60,458 nt of DNA from positions 1 to 60,458 of the forward strand of contig CAYZXU010000002.1 of NCBI GenBank assembly GCA_964482535.1, read 5' to 3'. The notes beneath the pieces were generated by a model, which saw only the letters and a list, made by a program, of their open reading frames with translations, did not search any database and was not told where the DNA came from. The translations under genes were made by a program, and so were the position numbers. Positions within the stretch are counted from its first letter, which is position 1. Each line of letters begins with the position of its first letter. This stretch comes from an uncultured Desulfobacteraceae bacterium. GTDB lineage: Bacteria > Desulfobacterota > Desulfobacteria > Desulfobacterales > BuS5. Of this stretch, positions 42,501 to 48,500 are shown in pieces.

Positions 42501-45500
42501 TAATAATGACGGCTCCTATATAATTGATGAAGTCTCAGCCGACGGACTTACTCTTTCCCTGAATATTTACGATGAACTCTCTGATGAGCAGGATGCTCAG
42601 GGTCTGGACATTCTGGCTGCCGGTGAAAAGGTTTCATCTTTCCAGAGCGCTGGACTGAACCCCTTAACCCTTGAACATGTCGATACAAGAGACACAATAA
42701 CAAGAGAAACAGGCAATTTTACTGATGACGGTATTGTCGAAGGGCTGGTCATACAAGTCTCGGGGACAGACGACAACAACGGCTCCTACGAGATAGACGA
42801 GGTTTCCGCGGATGGTTCCATTCTCTACCTGACACAAACGAAAAAGCTGGTTACCGAGAACAACGTAGCCGGTGTATCAATGACAGCGCCCGCGCCGCGT
42901 ACGATCGGTATCTACACCAATACCATGACCGGCACTCCCTTCCTGACCTTTACCCGTGTCAGTAACGGACCCGATATCATCACAAGGTCCGCAGGGAGCT
43001 GGCTGATCGATGAATTCAGGGAAGGGCAGACAATCACCGTTACCAACTCAGCCCAGAATCTGAATGACGGAAAATACACGATCAACAATATTTCGGAAGA
43101 CGCCCTGGTTCTCACACTGGTTTCGACGGACGTACTTGTAGATCAATCCAATGTCTCGGGAGTGGATGTCACGGGCAAGGGAGTCAGCGATGCCATCGGT
43201 GATGTGGGTTTTACGGTTGAAGACCTGGCCCAGAACCTGACCAATGAGATAATACGGCTGGAGAAGCTTAAAATCGAGCACCATGGCAATAACACGGCGG
43301 TCCAGGGGTATGAAACCCAGATCAAACAGATGATGGATCAGCTTGAAGAACTCAAACTGGCCAAGGAAGAGAATGGACAACTTGTACCTATCCAGGGTTA
43401 TCAGGGTGTTTATATTAATGTGCCCGACATCAAGGCCAGTTCTGGTGATATCAATATTATCGGCAGTAGTCTGTCCGGTACAGGACGGCTGGTGAGCGCC
43501 GGGGACGCCCGGATCGACATCATTAACAAGAGTCCCTATTACCTGCGTATCAACAATCTGATCATTCCGGGGGACTATGGCGGAAGGATTATCTATAACG
43601 GTGTAAAGGTCGTTGACAAAGCCCAGATAGAAGCAAGAAACCTGAAGGACATGGGCGAGGTCGCGTTTACAGAAGTGATTTCTTCCGGCTTAGCGGCGGA
43701 ACCGATGATCAATGTGGAGAGCACCTTTAACCCTGCGACATCAAGTGATCCTGACATCAAAAACATGCCGGCGCCTGATATTGTAGTCCAGGGCAGTATT
43801 TTAAATATCCTGGGCACGGCCAGGCTGTTTAACAATAAGGGCAGTATCATCGTCAAGGAAGCTATTACGGCCAAGACCGTCGATATTGACGCGGGACGCG
43901 ATTTTGTGCTCACAAGTGATCACTTCTTCCATGTGGGCGGGTTCCCGAGCAGCAGCGCTCCTGACCTTTCCTTTGCTGCGGGCAGCGTTTCGAACAACCA
44001 GGTGCACTTTGGTTCGATCCACCAGCTCGCCAACGGCCAGGCCGTCCGCTACAGCAGCGAAGGCAACCCTATCCTCGACGGTCTAACCGGCGGCAACCTC
44101 TACTATGTGATCTTCGTTGATTCCAACTCGATCCAACTCGCCGAAACCTCCGGCGGGGCGGCCATCACCATCACCAATACCGATGCCGAGGGCACCCACC
44201 GGATGACGCCGGTTTCCATGGTCATGCCAGCCCAGGATATCGGCACCCGTCAGGCCTACGATTGCGGCCGTTGGGTCTGGCAAACCATCTCCTTGGGCAC
44301 CTTCAAGTTTTCCTTTCTGTTGCCGCAGCTTGTTACACGCACTGACACCATTGCCCTCGATTACGCCCATGGCTTTACCGCGGGGGAGAAAGTGCGCTAC
44401 GACGGCGGCAGCGGAACCGCCATCGGTGGCCTTGAGGACGGGGAAACCTATTATGTGATCCCTGTTTCCGCCAAGTCCTTCCGGTTGGCAGCGACCAAAG
44501 AGGACGCCCTCCAGATACTCGGCGGCAAGAAATTTGATTCCGGCGGTTCTTACAAGTCGGGCTACATCGACAAGATCATTTCCCTGAACCCGGGTGTCAG
44601 CTCCGGCAGCGACCACTTTTTCGAAACCCAGGTCTCATCGTCGATAATCGCCGGCAACAACGTTTACATCAGCGCCCGTTACCTGAACATCAACGGCACC
44701 ATCCAGAGCGGAAAACCTGTCCGTGAGGTAACCCTGGAATCAGGTCTCAACAGCCTGATCGCTGATTTCCGCAACAATCACATTGACAGTGATCCCAACC
44801 TTCTGTTCCTTACAACCAATGAAGGGACAGGCATCGAAACCTGGTATAATTACAACGAAGACCGGATCGAATTGGATAATGTGATCGTTGAGGGCGGCTA
44901 CATGCGTCTGGCCGGCCACATCATGAGCACCGGAAACGGCCTGCTCAGGGTAGTCGATGGGTTCGGTGAGATTACGGTCGATAATCTGACCAACTATGAC
45001 CTGTTCATCAACAATCTTAATACAGGCGGGGACGGGATCGAAGGAAAGATAGAGATTGTTGATCTCGCCACCAGGAATGTCAATATTCCGAACATTAATA
45101 CTACTGTTTTCGAAAGAGAAGACGGGGACAACCGGATAGACTCTTATCAACCCCTTGCCGGCCAGAGATACGTCTATGTTACTGGAACTGACATGTCTAT
45201 CACAACTACCAAAGAGTGGATCACCGAAGACCTCTGGGGTATCGACTGGCTGGTGAAAGATCCAGGTGAGCAGCCCAATCATGTTAGCGTTGTAAAGGGC
45301 GACTCCACCCCATTGCCTGATGGCGATCTGATAAACTGGCAATATACTGATGGAACTATCGCCAGTTCGAACAATATTATCACAGCAAATTCATACAAAT
45401 CAGGAGATGAATATCGTATCTCCACCCGTAGATGGGATACGAAACACGGCTGGTGGGTTTTCTCTACCACCAAGCATCACCTGGAAAAGGTATACCAGCG

Positions 45501-48500
45501 GACAGACAAGAAATTCGAGAACGTGAGCATCAAGTCCGATCATCTCATCGACATACAGTTTATCGGTAAGGATGAAGGCACGATCACTGTGGATTCAAAT
45601 ACAGATGTCCTGATCGGCGGCGCCATTGTTAATAAAGAAGGAAGCACAAACATCACCAGTGCAGGTGTTATTGCCCAGGCCGCGAATACGGTCCTCCTTC
45701 AGGGAGACGCTGTTACCCTGGATGCTGGAAAAGGTATAGGTGTATTGATCGGCGATCAGGGTGAAGTAATCGAAGCCCGTATCCTGATGGACATGGAAGA
45801 AAACGGAATTATTAATGTTTCGACCGATACAGGCGATATCCTTCTTACCGAAATGACAGGCGACATGGTTATCGGACAGATGGTCACAGGAAATGGAAAC
45901 ATCGGCCTGGTCGTTGACGGCAATATCCTCTCCACTGATAATACGGTCGTTATAAGCGGTAATAACATAGACCTGATGGCGGGAGTCGGGAATATAGGCC
46001 AGGAAGGGAACCTGCTCAGGGTTGACAGCGGGGAAAGCCTGACGGCTATAGCCTCGGGGAATATCTACCTGGAAGAGACTATCGGGGACATCTACCTTAA
46101 TAAGATAAAATCCATAGGCGGCGATGTTCATCTCCTGGTGACTGACGGTGATTTGAGAGATGCCAACACCAATGATGCCAGGGATACACGGGCTATTGCA
46201 GAGCTGACCGGGCTCTGGGAGGCCATGCAGCTGACCGACGGTTATGGAGCAGGGAATGCATTACAGCAGAATATAGAGGCCTACGAAGGCATTAAAACCC
46301 GAGAGTATCATAAATACTGGCAATACCGCAATCAGCAGGCAGATCCTGGTGTATACGACCCCGATTTTCAGGTAACACTCACAGCGGATGAAGAGGCTTC
46401 TTACAGAAATTATTATGAAGAGAAGGGAATGGATGAGGATGAGATAAAGGGTGCCATTACCACGATTGAACAAAAGCGAACGGATGAATATCACAACCTG
46501 CACACGGTTTACGGCGAGATGGGTGATGAACAGAATTCTGATTATGCCTATTCCGTTGATGTGGGGACAGATGAATATGACGAACTTACGGCAGGTTATG
46601 CCTGGACAGACGATGAACTGAAGAACACTGTCAGCGGAGGTCTTTTGAGGCTTAAGGTCGATACCGAAACCAGGATCGAAGAGCCCAATATTATTGGACA
46701 GAGTATATTCGTTGATGTCCTGAACGGCGGGGTCGGGATATCGGAGGATCCCTGGACTATAGATCTCAGTCAGGAACTTAGTGATGATGATAAGATCTAT
46801 CTGGCGGCGGCAGAGAGAGATGATGTGACTTTCTTTGATTCAGAGGACAATATAATCGATCCCACTGACAATTCCGTTGAAGCTGCGGCTATTATTATTG
46901 AACTTCGTGAGGATATTGATGTTGAAGTTACAGGTAGTGTTACCATAAACGCCGCTGATCATATCTATCTGGGCGGTGAGCAGGATATCAATATTGACCG
47001 GATCGCAACCGGCGGAATGATTCGCATCAAGGGTGGTGAAGGAATCTATAATGTATACGACGGCGATGTGCCTGATACAGAAGCCAATATTTCCGGGGCC
47101 GGTCTGATTATTGAAGCGGCCGGGGATAGTATCGGAACTGCGGAAAACAGGGTGACCATTAATCTGGGCGATAACGGTACTCTGACGGCCAGGGCCAGAG
47201 AGGATATCTACCTCTATGAACAGGCCGATGATCTGGGCTTGAGAGGTGATTTGAATGTTGACACGGTTTATGCCGAATCCGGTCATATATATCTCGGCTC
47301 GGAGAACTCCATTAATGACGGCCTGGAAAACGATCAATGGAATATCAAGGGGCTGACCCTTGACCTGGAAACAGGTGAAGAGATCGGGACCCAGAATAAT
47401 TTTCTGGAGATCGACCTGGACGCGGAAGGTTTTCTCAACGCTACAGCCGGTGGGGATATCTTTGTCGCGGAAACAGCGGGCGATTTTAAGGTAGGGCAGG
47501 TTATTTCCACAACCGGCAATGTGTCCCTGACTTCACAGATTTCAATTCTGGATGAGGTTGAATTGGATGATCTCGAAGTAGATGTGGCGGGGAATAACAT
47601 CATCCTGAACGCTCTGATGGGTGGCATCGGAGAAACCGGTAATGATTTTGACGTGGATACCGCCTATTCGGGCGAGGGAGCCCTGTCATCAACCAGTTCC
47701 TTAAATGCCTATATTGTTGAACCAATGGGTCCGTTGTATCTGAATCAGATTTCCACGGATGAAGAACAGACTGCCTTTATTGGTGCGTTATCGGGACGAA
47801 TTTTAAACGGGAATTCGGATGAAAGTGAAGATAATGTTCTTTCCGGCTCCACGCGTCTTTACGCATCTTCAGATATCGGAGCCAGTGACAAACATTTAAA
47901 AACATCAGTCGGCACTTTACAGGGTTGGTCTTTGAACGGTTCCATCTGGATTGATAATACCGGTGAACTCTTTATCGATCAAGTGGGTGAAGGCGATTTC
48001 GGAATTGATGCCGAAGGGCCTGTCCAAATTACTACTCACAGTCCTTTAACGGTCAACTATATAGTAAGATCGAATAATGATATCGTTCTGACAGCGGGAG
48101 ATAGCGCCGATACTGGTGACGATATCACGGTGGCAGGCAACGGGGTTGTGCAATCCGCTAAAAATGTGATTCTGCAGGCGGGAGACAATGTGATCATCGA
48201 AGAAGGTGCCACAATAGAGGCCTATGATTCGTTGAATGAAACGTACGGTCTGGTTCAGTTCTATGTGGATTACGGGGACGTAGACCCTGATGGCGGTGTC
48301 CTTTATATGCGAGAGGCGGTAATCGGCAGTGAATTACAGATTTTTGGCGAAAGCGACGATGATATCATCCCACTAACCTTTGTGACTCTGCCCACAACCG
48401 TGCAAACCATGGAAGGCGAAGATATTATTTATCTGGGGAGCAATGCAGAACCTGACAGCAATACGGGTGGTCATGTTCAAAATATTGCTGAGCTGTTAGA

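Noticed and set aside
25750-43170. The regular tandem repeats, considered as a CRISPR array or as non-coding satellite DNA.
   Set aside because: The repeats are hundreds to thousands of bp long, in frame, diverged at the DNA level and conserved at the protein level. They lack a short-repeat/unique-spacer structure, and there are no cas genes.
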